From positions 372,001-436,000 of the forward strand of contig OZ025699.1 in assembly GCA_964019335.1 (NCBI GenBank): a stretch of DNA of 64,000 nucleotides, written 5' to 3'. The position numbers and the translations under genes were made by a program. Positions 53,307-63,727 of the stretch are shown here, one piece after another; the stretch's first letter is position 1, and every line of letters starts with the position of its first letter. A model generated the notes under the pieces. It saw only the letters and a list, made by a program, of their open reading frames with translations, did no database searches and was not told the origin of the DNA. The stretch is from Diplonema japonicum (lineage: Eukaryota > Protista > Euglenozoa: Diplonemea).

Positions 53307-55742
53307 TTACTGACTAATGAGGCTGTCTTCTAAACGTTGCAGGTTGGCTCGCTCTGCTTCGGTGCACCTTGTCTTTACCTCCTCGACCATCGTTATTGCT
53401 TCTGCAGGACCCGTTCTTTCATAAGTTGCTAAAATCTTGCAAATGTCGGCCGACCTCGACTTGATCGCTTCCAGCTGGTACATCCACTCCTCGTTGGTGT
53501 CGTCCAGACGGCAAAGTACCTCGAACACCCACGAGACCTTGTGCCCAGCAGAGGGGGCGTTGTTTGGTGTGTACAGGTGCCCTGTCCCAGACACAGAGGA
53601 GTAAGACACCACTATGTCGAGAGGGACCATTGAGAAATTGTCGAAAAGCTTGTCGTGGGTGGTGACGACGCGAGCCTTCTTCGCCTGCCCAACGGAGAGA
53701 ATCGCATCAAGAACCCGCCTGTGCGGCCCAACCAGCGCAGGGACCCGCAGATGTGTTCCACCGAGGTTCCCCGCATAGCTGATGAACGACGTTACCCCAG
53801 CGTACACATCCAGAACAGACTGGCTCTTGCATCTGTCTACAATCTCGAGGCACGCGTCCACAGCCGTCTGTTCGCATGTGCTCTTCACGACAAGGAAGTT
53901 CCACGCCACGACGATCATCCCGTCCGCGAGCTGTGCGTGGAGCAGGGTCCCCTTGCGGGCCCCAGCGATGGTGTGCACGATGTCCGCGAACCCTCCGATC
54001 ACGCTGTGGACCTTTTCGGGGTTCCCCATACCGTTGGTTTCTACGAATCGCGAAAATTCAGCCATCTCAATGGACGCCGTCGCCACATTTCTCTTCGTGA
54101 GCCTCGTGACAAGCTCTGCTTGCATGTGAGCAGCGGCTATCACCTTGTGGTTCTGGTTCCTGCTCTTTATTGACGTCAATCTCGAGCGCAGCGTCCCGCT
54201 GTCTGACTGCTCTACGGCGTACTTGCTGTGCCTACTGGGCCTGCTTTGCTTGCTTCGCCCGTCTCCTTCACTGGACGCATCGTCTTCGCTTTCTTCTTTG
54301 TTCTGAACAGATTGCAAAACAGACTCAGGAAGGTACATTTTGTAAGTCTTCAGTGTTTTTATGATGAGGATGAAGGACTGCTGCACCTTCGACGGGTTCG
54401 TGAGCTCCACCAAGTAGTCCAGCCCGTCCAAGTCCATCGTCGCGATCTGCGCCGCCATCTCCTCCGCCAAGGTGTTCGTGTCGAAGAGCTTCCGGTACGC
54501 CCTTGACTTTGCAGTCGCTTTCCACGTCACCCCAGCAATGACAAGCAGTAAGATGAACCCGCCAACCGAGGCCCCTATGATCAGGGGTGTCAGGTCCACT
54601 TCGGTGGGGTCGGGGATCTCACACATCACCCCAGAGTGTCCGGCACACTCCATACAGTTCCCCATCACACACTTCCCCCTGTTGTTGCAATTCGAAGGGC
54701 ACACTGCAGGGTTGAAGACGTAGATGTCAGTGTTGATGGTCACCTCCGACCCAGTTGTGATCAGGCCCCCCATCAGTATGAGCTTCCCGTGGTAAGAGTT
54801 TGTCATGAAGTCTCCTATGTTGGGGACCCAGTCGCCAGGGTTGCCAGTGGTCCTGACGGTGGTCCAGTGCAGGGGCTTCGGTTGCGAGAGGTCCAGGAAC
54901 GCGATATTGTTACCTGTTGCAAGAACACCTTTACCCCCAGGGTCGCCCAGGAGGAACATGGTGTCGTTCAGGAGGTACTCCATTCTGAACTCCTCACCCG
55001 CCATGCCGTCAAGAACAAGGTCCTCCCACACTGGGTTCGGCTGCGACATGTTGAGGGAGTATGTTCGGTTGGGCAACGCGGCGCCTGCAAAGACACCGCC
55101 GGCGAAAACTGCAATATCCTTGTAGCCGAAGCCACCGGGGTCTTCCACACGGAGCCTGCTGTCGTAGCCTTTGGGGAGCCAGGTCTCCGTCCGCTTGTCG
55201 AATATGGCATAGTCAGAGAAGTCACCATTATCGGTACCGGCAAGGATGATGTGGTCTGTCGTTGACATTGGAATGAAATCGGTACTAAAGACGGCGGAGC
55301 TGAGCCCGTTGACCGTGTCACCCGGGAGGAGCCTCCATGTGTTGTTCACAGGGTGGTACGCCCAGAGATCTTCGTGTTTTTTACCCCCCACAAGGTACGC
55401 GACCCCTCTTGCCTTGTCACACACCAAGCGGGTCTTCTCCCTTGCTGATGGACGGGGACCCACTGTCGTGACCTCTGTGAACACCAATGTGGGGAAGTCC
55501 AGCTTCCAGAAGTCCCCCATCACCACCTCGTCGGGAAGCGACTCACCACCAAGAAAGTACGCCGTGTCATCCAGCACACAGGACCACGTCTTCGCCCGTG
55601 CTGTGGCACTTGCATTGACCACAGGGGTCACCTTCGTCCATTGGCTGTGATTCGCTGCAGAAGCCATCACAGCTTCATCAAAAAGATTGCCCTGAGCCGC
55701 GACAACGCTCGACAGAAGGCACAACAAGGTCATTTTTAACAT
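53307..55742 (-). CDS. Type I receptor: signal peptide, Kelch-like repeats, EGF-like module, single TM, degenerate cyclase-like domain
   Basis: MTLLCLLSSVVAA; GG..W kelch patterns; CPSNCNNRGKC..C.C..GHSG..C; TM; YKMYLP linker; EWMYQL. Confidence 0.75.
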   Translation of the reverse strand: MLKMTLLCLLSSVVAAQGNLFDEAVMASAANHSQWTKVTPVVNASATARAKTWSCVLDDTAYFLGGESLPDEVVMGDFWKLDFPTLVFTEVTTVGPRPSAREKTRLVCDKARGVAYLVGGKKHEDLWAYHPVNNTWRLLPGDTVNGLSSAVFSTDFIPMSTTDHIILAGTDNGDFSDYAIFDKRTETWLPKGYDSRLRVEDPGGFGYKDIAVFAGGVFAGAALPNRTYSLNMSQPNPVWEDLVLDGMAGEEFRMEYLLNDTMFLLGDPGGKGVLATGNNIAFLDLSQPKPLHWTTVRTTGNPGDWVPNIGDFMTNSYHGKLILMGGLITTGSEVTINTDIYVFNPAVCPSNCNNRGKCVMGNCMECAGHSGVMCEIPDPTEVDLTPLIIGASVGGFILLLVIAGVTWKATAKSRAYRKLFDTNTLAEEMAAQIATMDLDGLDYLVELTNPSKVQQSFILIIKTLKTYKMYLPESVLQSVQNKEESEDDASSEGDGRSKQSRPSRHSKYAVEQSDSGTLRSRLTSIKSRNQNHKVIAAAHMQAELVTRLTKRNVATASIEMAEFSRFVETNGMGNPEKVHSVIGGFADIVHTIAGARKGTLLHAQLADGMIVVAWNFLVVKSTCEQTAVDACLEIVDRCKSQSVLDVYAGVTSFISYAGNLGGTHLRVPALVGPHRRVLDAILSVGQAKKARVVTTHDKLFDNFSMVPLDIVVSYSSVSGTGHLYTPNNAPSAGHKVSWVFEVLCRLDDTNEEWMYQLEAIKSRSADICKILATYERTGPAEAITMVEEVKTRCTEAERANLQRLEDSLISQ

Positions 55743-55957
55743 TTACCATATGGTTGCTGTTCCCTGAGATAAAGGGTAGGAGCATAGTGGCAAACAAAGG
55801 GGGGTAAAAGAATATAAGAAGGCCAGTGTGGTGGCGTCTTGCAAAAAGAAAAAGAACTCTGAGAAGAAGGTGGAGGGGAAGCTCGAAAAAAAGCAAACTT
55901 GAGAGACAGACAGAACCATTCGATCCATAAGAAAACATGCACAAGCTGATGCCAAAA

Positions 55958-56157
55958 NNNNNNNNNNNNNNNNNNNNNNNNNNNNNNNNNNNNNNNNNNN
56001 NNNNNNNNNNNNNNNNNNNNNNNNNNNNNNNNNNNNNNNNNNNNNNNNNNNNNNNNNNNNNNNNNNNNNNNNNNNNNNNNNNNNNNNNNNNNNNNNNNNN
56101 NNNNNNNNNNNNNNNNNNNNNNNNNNNNNNNNNNNNNNNNNNNNNNNNNNNNNNNNN
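55958..56157. other. Assembly gap (200 N)
   Basis: Run of n. Confidence 1.
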
Positions 56158-56750
56158 GCTGGAGCCAAAACTAGGCGGTTTGTCTGCAGCCTTTTTTGGC
56201 CTGGGAGTAGAACTGGCAGCAACAACAAGAACACAGGAATTTGCTCGAAACCCCGTTCCATGCTTCCCCACAGCACCCTTAGTTAACACTTAGTGACTTG
56301 CAGGCACCAGGTGGTTGCAATTAAAGAACACCCCCACTCCATACCCCCCACAGCACGAAGGGGGGAGTAGCTGTACGGATGTCCTACGCCAAGACGTCAG
56401 ACAACGACGACGACCCTGGGGAGCTTGTTGTGTCTCGATTGCCGCCTTCTTTATATAGTATCTTACTTCACTACCACAGGTCCTTCTGAGACTCCGTCCT
56501 TTATAGCAACCAGTGGCTCTGAAGACTATAAGCCCAGCAGCGCCGCGCGACATCCGTTGCACCACCCCCTGAGACCAACGATGGGGTTCTCCTACCCGTC
56601 ACACGGTAGCTGAGACTGGCCAAGCCCTGCATAGCAGGGCTACTTCGCCTGAAGCTTGGCAGCATGGGGTTGGGGCCACGTGCTAACCCCCTGCTTAACT
56701 TGGGCCCTTTTCATGCTGATATCATACAGGAACAACAAAGAGTGGTAATG

Positions 56751-57345
56751 ATATCTTCACCCCCATTCCTGTCCAGGACCTCTCCCTCCCAAACCAGTTT
56801 GAACTTGCCTTCGAGTAAACCAGCAGCACACCCCGCCTTCTTGTACAGGATCCCCACCATCTCCTTCCCCGACACTTCCACATCGTAAACCCCGCCTCCC
56901 GTCTTCACGAACACTGTCATGTCGTTCAGCAACTTGGGCTTGTGGAGGGCTGCATGGTCCATGTGGAGGCGAGAGAACTGTTCAGCTGGAGGAGCTTGAG
57001 AGCTCAGAAGTGGTTTCGGAGCTTGAGGGTCTTGTGGCAGCTGACCCCAAGCTGGTTCTGGTGGTGGAGGTGGGGAACTCGCAAGCTGTCAAAGTCTTGT
57101 CCATGAAGAGGACAGGCCTTCCTTCTGGACTTCGGTTCCTCGTTGTCACCGACCCCACAGGCTGTGTTACAAGTATAGACGCTAGGTTTCTTCAAAAGTG
57201 CGACCACCTGACGTCTGTTGATCTCATCCTCCCCAATGTTTCCACCATTGATGACTATTTTTTATGTAAGTGAAATAACCTAGAAACCATCAACTTGAAT
57301 GCAATGACCAATCTTTCTTCCATTGGTAGTAACTTCTTGGATGCC
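56751..57345 (+). pseudogene. UBL-LRR pseudogene with inverted 5' segment
   Basis: 56751-56928 is the reverse complement of about 59094-59271. The rest matches 59271 onward, with a stop codon and a deletion. Confidence 0.85.
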
Positions 57346-57808
57346 TCCAGCCTTCCGCCAGCCAAACTGCGTCCGCCGACGCGTCTGAACCAGCACTTCC
57401 TGGCGACCAGGCCGTCTTTTCCCTTTTCCTACTTCACTTCGTTCCGTTATTTTCATTATTCTTTCCGGCGATAGACTGATACGGGCCATGGAAGCAACCT
57501 CTGCTTAATTCCTGGTACGTGGGAGGCTCCTCTTGAGGATGTCAGTCACCTTTTCACTTTTTTATTCGACTCTCTGTTTTCGTATGCAGTATTTATTCTT
57601 TTCCACCCCTTTTATCTATTTCTTCGCTTCTATATTCTAACTTAAAACCATTTCAGCAGCCTTCCGCCAGCACACCACGAAAGAATTTGTGAACATAGTT
57701 TTTTTCTTCTTTACGTTTCTTTCCACAGTTTCAAAAATGAGTTCCTTACAATCCGTTTTGGTTTTACCCCTTTGTTATGTTTCGCTAATATTTTCCAAAA
57801 GGAACTTT

Positions 57809-57844
<36 letters not shown>

Positions 57845-58337
57845 CCCTTTTTATTTTTTCAAACTGAATGCGCTTCTTCAAATGTAAAATAATAGTACAG
57901 GAATAAAAAATTAAGGAGTATTGATTCCACTAACAAATATTTATTCCACACAATCAGTTCCACACTATCATATGACGTTATTTTCCGTTACTTTCCGTTA
58001 CGTTTCTGAAATCTTTACTATTTGGTACTTTCTCCCCTCTATTTTTACTTGCGCCTTTTTTTATAGTATTTATTGTTACTTTCCAAGTGTCATGTCTTGA
58101 AAAGCAAATGTATATGGGTAATAAAAGTATAACAAATCTTAATTCCATTGGTGGGAAATCTTTAGAAAAAGAAAAAAACGAAGACTCGGAGTTGAAAAGA
58201 AGAAAAAAAAAAAAAAAAAAAAAAAAAAAGAAGAAGAATAAAGAGGAACATTTTGGAATCAAAACACCCTGGCGCTGAGAAACATCTTTGTGGAAAACCA
58301 ACGGAAAGCAATCCAATACCTCTTTAAAATAAAATAA

Positions 58338-58625
58338 AATATATGAGTTAAAGGAGGCCGGTGTTGGCGGCGCCCTGCACAAGAACTGTCTACTTGATTA
58401 CAGGGGGCGCGCCGCGGCCGAGTTGTAGCTTCTTCTGCGTTCCGCGTCGTGTCCTTAATGCGTGCGGTGTACAGCTCAACCCCAGCCGGTGCGTCCTGGG
58501 TAACCAAGATTCTGCGCTCGTGCAGTTTGCTGCCTGTTCGTCACCCTGAGCATCTGCATTATGTTCTTCCACTCGGGCGCTACCGGTGATGACCGACGAG
58601 GAGGTCAACAGTGAACAACACATCT
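58338..58625 (-). mobile_element. Retroelement-like 3' fragment (relatives at 20405-20490 and 51690-51812)
   Basis: Shares the ATATGAGTTAAAGGA terminus with 10222 and 41178. Internal similarity to 51690 and 20405. Confidence 0.55.
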
Positions 58626-58887
58626 GATGTTTTTCTTATATTTTCATGTTATCCCCACCTAAATAAAAAAAAAGGCGAAAACTGCTAACTTGACCCCCAA
58701 ATGTGACAACTTGATCTGAAAAGCTGCAAAGGCCTCCCGTGAGAACTTCGCCGCTGTTATGGATGAGGTATGCCCTCGTTGCTTGGCGACGCAGCCCTCT
58801 AAGAAGTAGCCTTGGTTACCCAGGCTGTCTTTTTTTTTTCATTTCAAGTTGCCTATTGTTATGTGAACAACCTTGTTGAGCATTTAT

Positions 58888-59000
58888 GAGCATTTTGAAA
58901 ACTAAGGCGGACTTTGAACACATCGGAAACTTAGGGGGCGGGATTTGAGCGTTTTGAAGACTTAGGGGGTGGACTTTGAGCATTTTGGAAACCTAGGGGT
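58888..59000. repeat. Minisatellite, unit about 30 bp, about 4 units
   Basis: GAGCATTTTGAAAACTTAGGGGGYGGACTTT-like units. Confidence 0.7.
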
Positions 59001-59074
59001 CAAGTTAGGACTCTACCCCCCAAAAAAAATTAAAAAAATTAAAATAAAAAGAAAAAGAACAAACCTAAAAGAAC

Positions 59075-59950
59075 ATGAATGGAAAGAGAGAGGTGAACGA
59101 TATGACAGTGTTCGTGAAGACGGGAGGCGGGGTTCACGATGTGGAAGTGTCGGGGAAGGAGACGGTGGAGATCTTGTACAAGAAGGCAGGGTGTGCTGCT
59201 GGTTTACTCGAAGGCAAGTTCAAACTGGTTTGGGAGGGAGAGGTCCTGGACAGGAATGGGGGTGAAGATATTCAGCAACTTGGGCTTGTGGAGGGCTGCA
59301 TGGTCCATGTGGAGGCAAGGGAGATGGGAACTGTTCAGCTGGAGGAGCTTGAGAGCTCAGCAGTGGTTTCGGAGCTTGAGGGTCTTGTGGCAGCTGACCC
59401 TGATCTGGTTCTGGTGGTGGAGGTGGGGAACTTGCAAGCTGTCGAAGTCTTGTCCATGAAGAGGACAGGCCTTCCTTCTGGACTTCGGTTCCTCGTTGTC
59501 ACCGACCCCACAGGCTGTGTTACAAGTATAGACGATGGGTTTCTTGAAGAGTGCAACCACCTGACGTCTGTTGATCTCATCCTCCCCAATGTTTCCACCA
59601 TTGATGACTCTTTTTTATGTAAGTGTAATAACCTAGAAACCATCAACTTGAATGCAATGACCAATCTTTCTTCCATTGGTGATTACTTCTTGTATAGGTG
59701 CGAAAAACTAAAAACCATCGACTTGAATGAGATGACCAATCTTTCTTCCATTGGTGAATGCTTCTTGTATAGGTGCGAAAAACTAGAAGCCATCAACTTT
59801 AATGCGATGACCAATGTTTCTTCCATTGGTGATCGCTTCTTGTTTAGGTGCAAAAAACTAAAAACCATCGACTTGAATGGGATGACCGATCTTTCTTCCA
59901 TTGGTGAATGCTTCTTGCTTAGGTGCAAAAAACTAGAACCATCAACTTGA
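59075..59950 (+). CDS. Ubiquitin-like domain plus BspA-type LRR protein (C-terminally truncated)
   Basis: MTVFVKT..KLVWEGEVL..LGLVEGCMVHV UBL; 25-aa L..IDL..MTNLSSIG..FL repeats. A 1-nt deletion near 59938 ends the frame. Confidence 0.75.
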   Translation: MNGKREVNDMTVFVKTGGGVHDVEVSGKETVEILYKKAGCAAGLLEGKFKLVWEGEVLDRNGGEDIQQLGLVEGCMVHVEAREMGTVQLEELESSAVVSELEGLVAADPDLVLVVEVGNLQAVEVLSMKRTGLPSGLRFLVVTDPTGCVTSIDDGFLEECNHLTSVDLILPNVSTIDDSFLCKCNNLETINLNAMTNLSSIGDYFLYRCEKLKTIDLNEMTNLSSIGECFLYRCEKLEAINFNAMTNVSSIGDRFLFRCKKLKTIDLNGMTDLSSIGECFLLRCKKLEPST

Positions 59951-60787
59951 ATGGGATGACCAATCTTTCTTCCGCATCACTAACCTGACTATTTATTCCA
60001 CAATAAACTGAATGTACTTCTTTAAATGTAAAATAATAGTACAGGGAATAAAAAAATTAACGAATATTGATTCCACATCACTAATAAATATTTATTCCAC
60101 ACAATCAGTTCCACACTATCATATGACGTTATAACATTTTGGAATCAAAACACCCTGGCGCTGAGAAACATCTTTGTGGAAAACCAACAGAAAGCAATCC
60201 AAAGCCTTTTTTTCCCTACCTCCCCATGGTTCCCAGTGAACTTGAAGGAAAAGAAAGTAAAGAAGAAAAGCCTTTCCCGTCCCTTGTTCGCTCCGCTGTG
60301 CACCCTGACATCCTCCTCCCTTTAGTTTCTTCCCCATAGCTTCACACAGGTGGGTCCACTTCTATTTGAATTTAAAAAAAAAAAAAAAAGAAAAAGAAAA
60401 AGAAAAAGAAAAAGGAAAAGAAAAAGAAAAAAGTGGGAGTTTTCCTCTTTTGTTGTTTTTTCGTAGATTTTTAGGTTTAACCAGAAGTTTTCCTTCTAAA
60501 GCTTGTTTGCTGTTGGTTTTACGTAGATTTTTGGACTTTTGGTTTTTTGGCAGGCTTCCATAGTTCAGGGGCGGTGGCAGCAGGGTGCCTCCACTGACAG
60601 TCCAATCCCTCTTTGGAGCTTCCCTGGCAAGGTAGCTAGCAAAGGCAAAGAGGGGGACGAGGAGGGACTGATGGAAGCCAAAACTCCGACCCCCCCCCAA
60701 AAAAAGGAAAGGAAAAGAAACGAAACTTTTTTGTTGTATTCATTCCTCCCTAGTTTTTTTTTATATTTTGCATCAGGTTCGCCAAAG

Positions 60788-60829
<42 letters not shown>

Positions 60830-61707
60830 AAAAGAAAGAAAGAGAACGGCAACCAATAAAATTTTATCATCAAAGGGAAGGGAGGTTTGAAAGAAATAAA
60901 GAGAAGAAAGAGACTTTCTTCTCCTCTAACGATAAGTGATTCGCGAACCTGAATCTTTATCACCACCGTTTTTTTTTTAGTGCAATCCAGTTTTTTCTTC
61001 CTGCCTTGTTAAAGAAGACAAAAAAAGAAGAAGAAGAGGGAAGTAGAAGACGATCCAAGGTTGCCTACCTTCTAAGTTCCTGAAGGACGCCCACTTCAGA
61101 ATCTTTTTTTTTTCCCAACATAGGGGTACAAAGACTTCCTTTAACTCATATATAAATATTCTTTTTTCTTTTTCTTCTTTGCATGAACAAGAAAAACAAC
61201 AAATTGATAATGAAAAAAAAAAAAAAAAATGAAAAAAAGAGAAGAAGTCGATAAGGATCGGCCACCCGATATGGGCATCATAATGCACTCGGATATTGCT
61301 GCTCTAAATAGAATAGGTGAGGTATGGTAGTTGACGGAAAGTTTAAAAAAAAAAACCCCCCTGCAGGGGAGTGGTATAAATCGTCAGCGAGCTGTGAAAA
61401 TAAGTGCATTATTTTAAATTCACTTGTGGTGGCGGACTTAACTCGAGATTATTACTACACTCGCTTCGCTTGTGAAGTAGGATCCCTCTCGCGTTGAACC
61501 CCCTGCCACCATGCGTGAAATAATCCATTTTCATTTAATAAATAGTTATTCGTCACTTTTTTCTTGAAGATGTTCGTTTCACAGTAGGTTTTTATTTTCT
61601 AGAGTGGGTTCTTCTTCTTCATTTGACTCCTGCAGCCTTTGAGACAAGCACACAGGGAAAATACATTTAAAACAAAACAAAAAAAAAAAGAACAGTACTA
61701 AAAGAAC

Positions 61708-62820
61708 ATGAATGGAAAGAGAGAGGGATCAGGTGAAGAGGTGAACGATATGACAGTGTTCGTGAAGACGGGAGGCGGGGTTCACGATGTGGAAGTGTCG
61801 GGGAAGGAGATGGTGGGGATCCTGTACAAGAAGGCGGGGTGTGCTGCTGGTTTACTCGAAGGCAAGTTCAAACTGGTTTGGGAGGGAGAGGTCCTGGACA
61901 GGAACGGGTGTCTGGAGCTTCAGCAACTTGGGCTCGTGGAGGGCTGCATGGTCCATGTGGAGGCGAGCGAGAGAAGAACTGTTCGCCTGGAAGAGCTGAA
62001 GGATGAGAACTCAGCAGTGGCTTCGGAGCTTGAGAGTCTTGTGGCAGCTGACCCTGATCTGGTTCTGGTGGTGGAAGTAGGGGACTCTCCAGCTGTCGAA
62101 GTCTTGTACATAGGCAGCAAGAACCTTCCTTCTGGACTTCGGTTCCTCGTTGTCACCGACCCCACAGGCTGTGTTACAAGTATAGACGCTGGGTTTCTTA
62201 GCTACTGCGACCACCTGACGTCTGTTGATCTCATCCTCCCCAATGTTACTTCAATTAATCATTCCTTTTTATCGGGGTGCAGTAACCTAGAAACCATCAA
62301 CTTCAATTCAATGGCCAATCTTTCTTCCATTGCTAATTACTTCTTGGGTAATTGCGACAAGCTAGAAACCATCGACTTGAGTTCAATGACCAATCTTTCT
62401 TCCATTGGTCATTACTTCTTGTTCAAGTGCAAGAAATTAGAAACCATCGACTTGAGTGCGATGACCAATATTTATTCCATTGGCTTTTGCTTCTTGGATG
62501 GGTGCAAAGAACTAGAAACCATCAACTGGAATGCGATGACCAATCTTTCTTCCATTGGTGATTACTTCTTGTATGAGTGCGATAAACTAGAAAACATCGT
62601 TCTGAGAAGAGGCGCTGCTACTTTTAACAGGCTCTTAAAGGCACAAATACCACCAGGGGTAAGAATAACACCTTCGGAAGGACAAAAACCGACTTTAGGA
62701 GGTACGGTTCAGGTCAAAAGTAAGAAAGGTTCTTTTTTATTACTAGTTTTAAAAATATTTTGTTTCGTGTCTCTTTTTCTTCTTCTTCTTCTTCTTGGTG
62801 GGGATAACATGGAAATATAA
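61708..62820 (+). CDS. UBL plus BspA-type LRR protein with C-terminal TM anchor
   Basis: Paralog of 59075; hydrophobic tail SFLLLVLKIFCFVSLFLLLLLLGG. Confidence 0.8.
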   Translation: MNGKREGSGEEVNDMTVFVKTGGGVHDVEVSGKEMVGILYKKAGCAAGLLEGKFKLVWEGEVLDRNGCLELQQLGLVEGCMVHVEASERRTVRLEELKDENSAVASELESLVAADPDLVLVVEVGDSPAVEVLYIGSKNLPSGLRFLVVTDPTGCVTSIDAGFLSYCDHLTSVDLILPNVTSINHSFLSGCSNLETINFNSMANLSSIANYFLGNCDKLETIDLSSMTNLSSIGHYFLFKCKKLETIDLSAMTNIYSIGFCFLDGCKELETINWNAMTNLSSIGDYFLYECDKLENIVLRRGAATFNRLLKAQIPPGVRITPSEGQKPTLGGTVQVKSKKGSFLLLVLKIFCFVSLFLLLLLLGGDNMEI

Positions 62821-62883
62821 GAAGTACATCAGATGTTTTTACTTGCTGTTGACCTCCTCCTTATTTTAATTTTATTTTTCAAT

Positions 62884-62996
62884 TACTGTAAAACGAATAA
62901 TGTCGGGCGGAAAAAACTCCCGGACACCAAAGAAAAAAAAAAAAAAAAAAAAAAAACCGAACATTTTTCCGTCCGGGAGTTTTTCGTTTTACAGTA
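62884..62996. mobile_element. Tiny TA-flanked hairpin element (MITE-like)
   Basis: TACTGTAAAACGAA..AAAAACTCCCGGAC pairs with GTCCGGGAGTTTTTCGTTTTACAGTA. Confidence 0.65.
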
Positions 62997-63727
62997 TTTC
63001 TTTTACTCCTCACAGGTTTTTATTTCACTCGAAGAAAACCGGCTGTGTAGACGAGGGCCACGTGGCAACATTTCCCCCCATTTTTTCCCGATCCTAGAGG
63101 AGCAACTGCGAACTCATTGCATCCTCAACAGCTCGCTAGTTGGTTTCACGCCCAAGCTGCTGATGAGAAACTACGACGGGCCTAAGGCACTACCACGACA
63201 GAAAGGATCAAACACTAGATGAGTTGATTGTCGTTAGGCGATCCTGTCACATAGGTTCCCTTCAAAGACATCTTTTTTTTTTTTTTCTTTTTTCTCCCCA
63301 TAGGGCGGCCCTCTAGCGGGGGGCTTGTCCTGTACTTTGAGTTTTTTTTGTCGATTTTTGTAGTGTGCCTTCTTTCCTAAAAAGGTAAAGAGGGATAGAT
63401 GACGCAAACTTCGACACGTTTCTTTCTTTCTTCTACCCCTTGGTGTAGCTCCGGATGGGCATCTTTATCTTGATAGAAAGACAACTTTCTCCCTCTTCCT
63501 CCTCTCCTTGTTAGCAACGGTGATGACCGGTGATTCCATCAAGACTACCCGTTCTCCAGCGTGCTGCACAAGGTCATGGAGACAGAGGCATGCATCCTTC
63601 AGCGCAGAAGGGGAGCGACATCCGCTAGGGCAGATAGAAGTTACTCGTTACACAAATGCTCCCTTTTTTATTGTAGTTTTATCCCTTCTTATATTGCACC
63701 CTATCATATCACTCCAGGTTTCTGACC

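Noticed and set aside
58888-59000. CRISPR array or telomeric repeat
   Set aside because: Degenerate tandem units without unique spacers; TTAGGG is not tandem; eukaryotic context.
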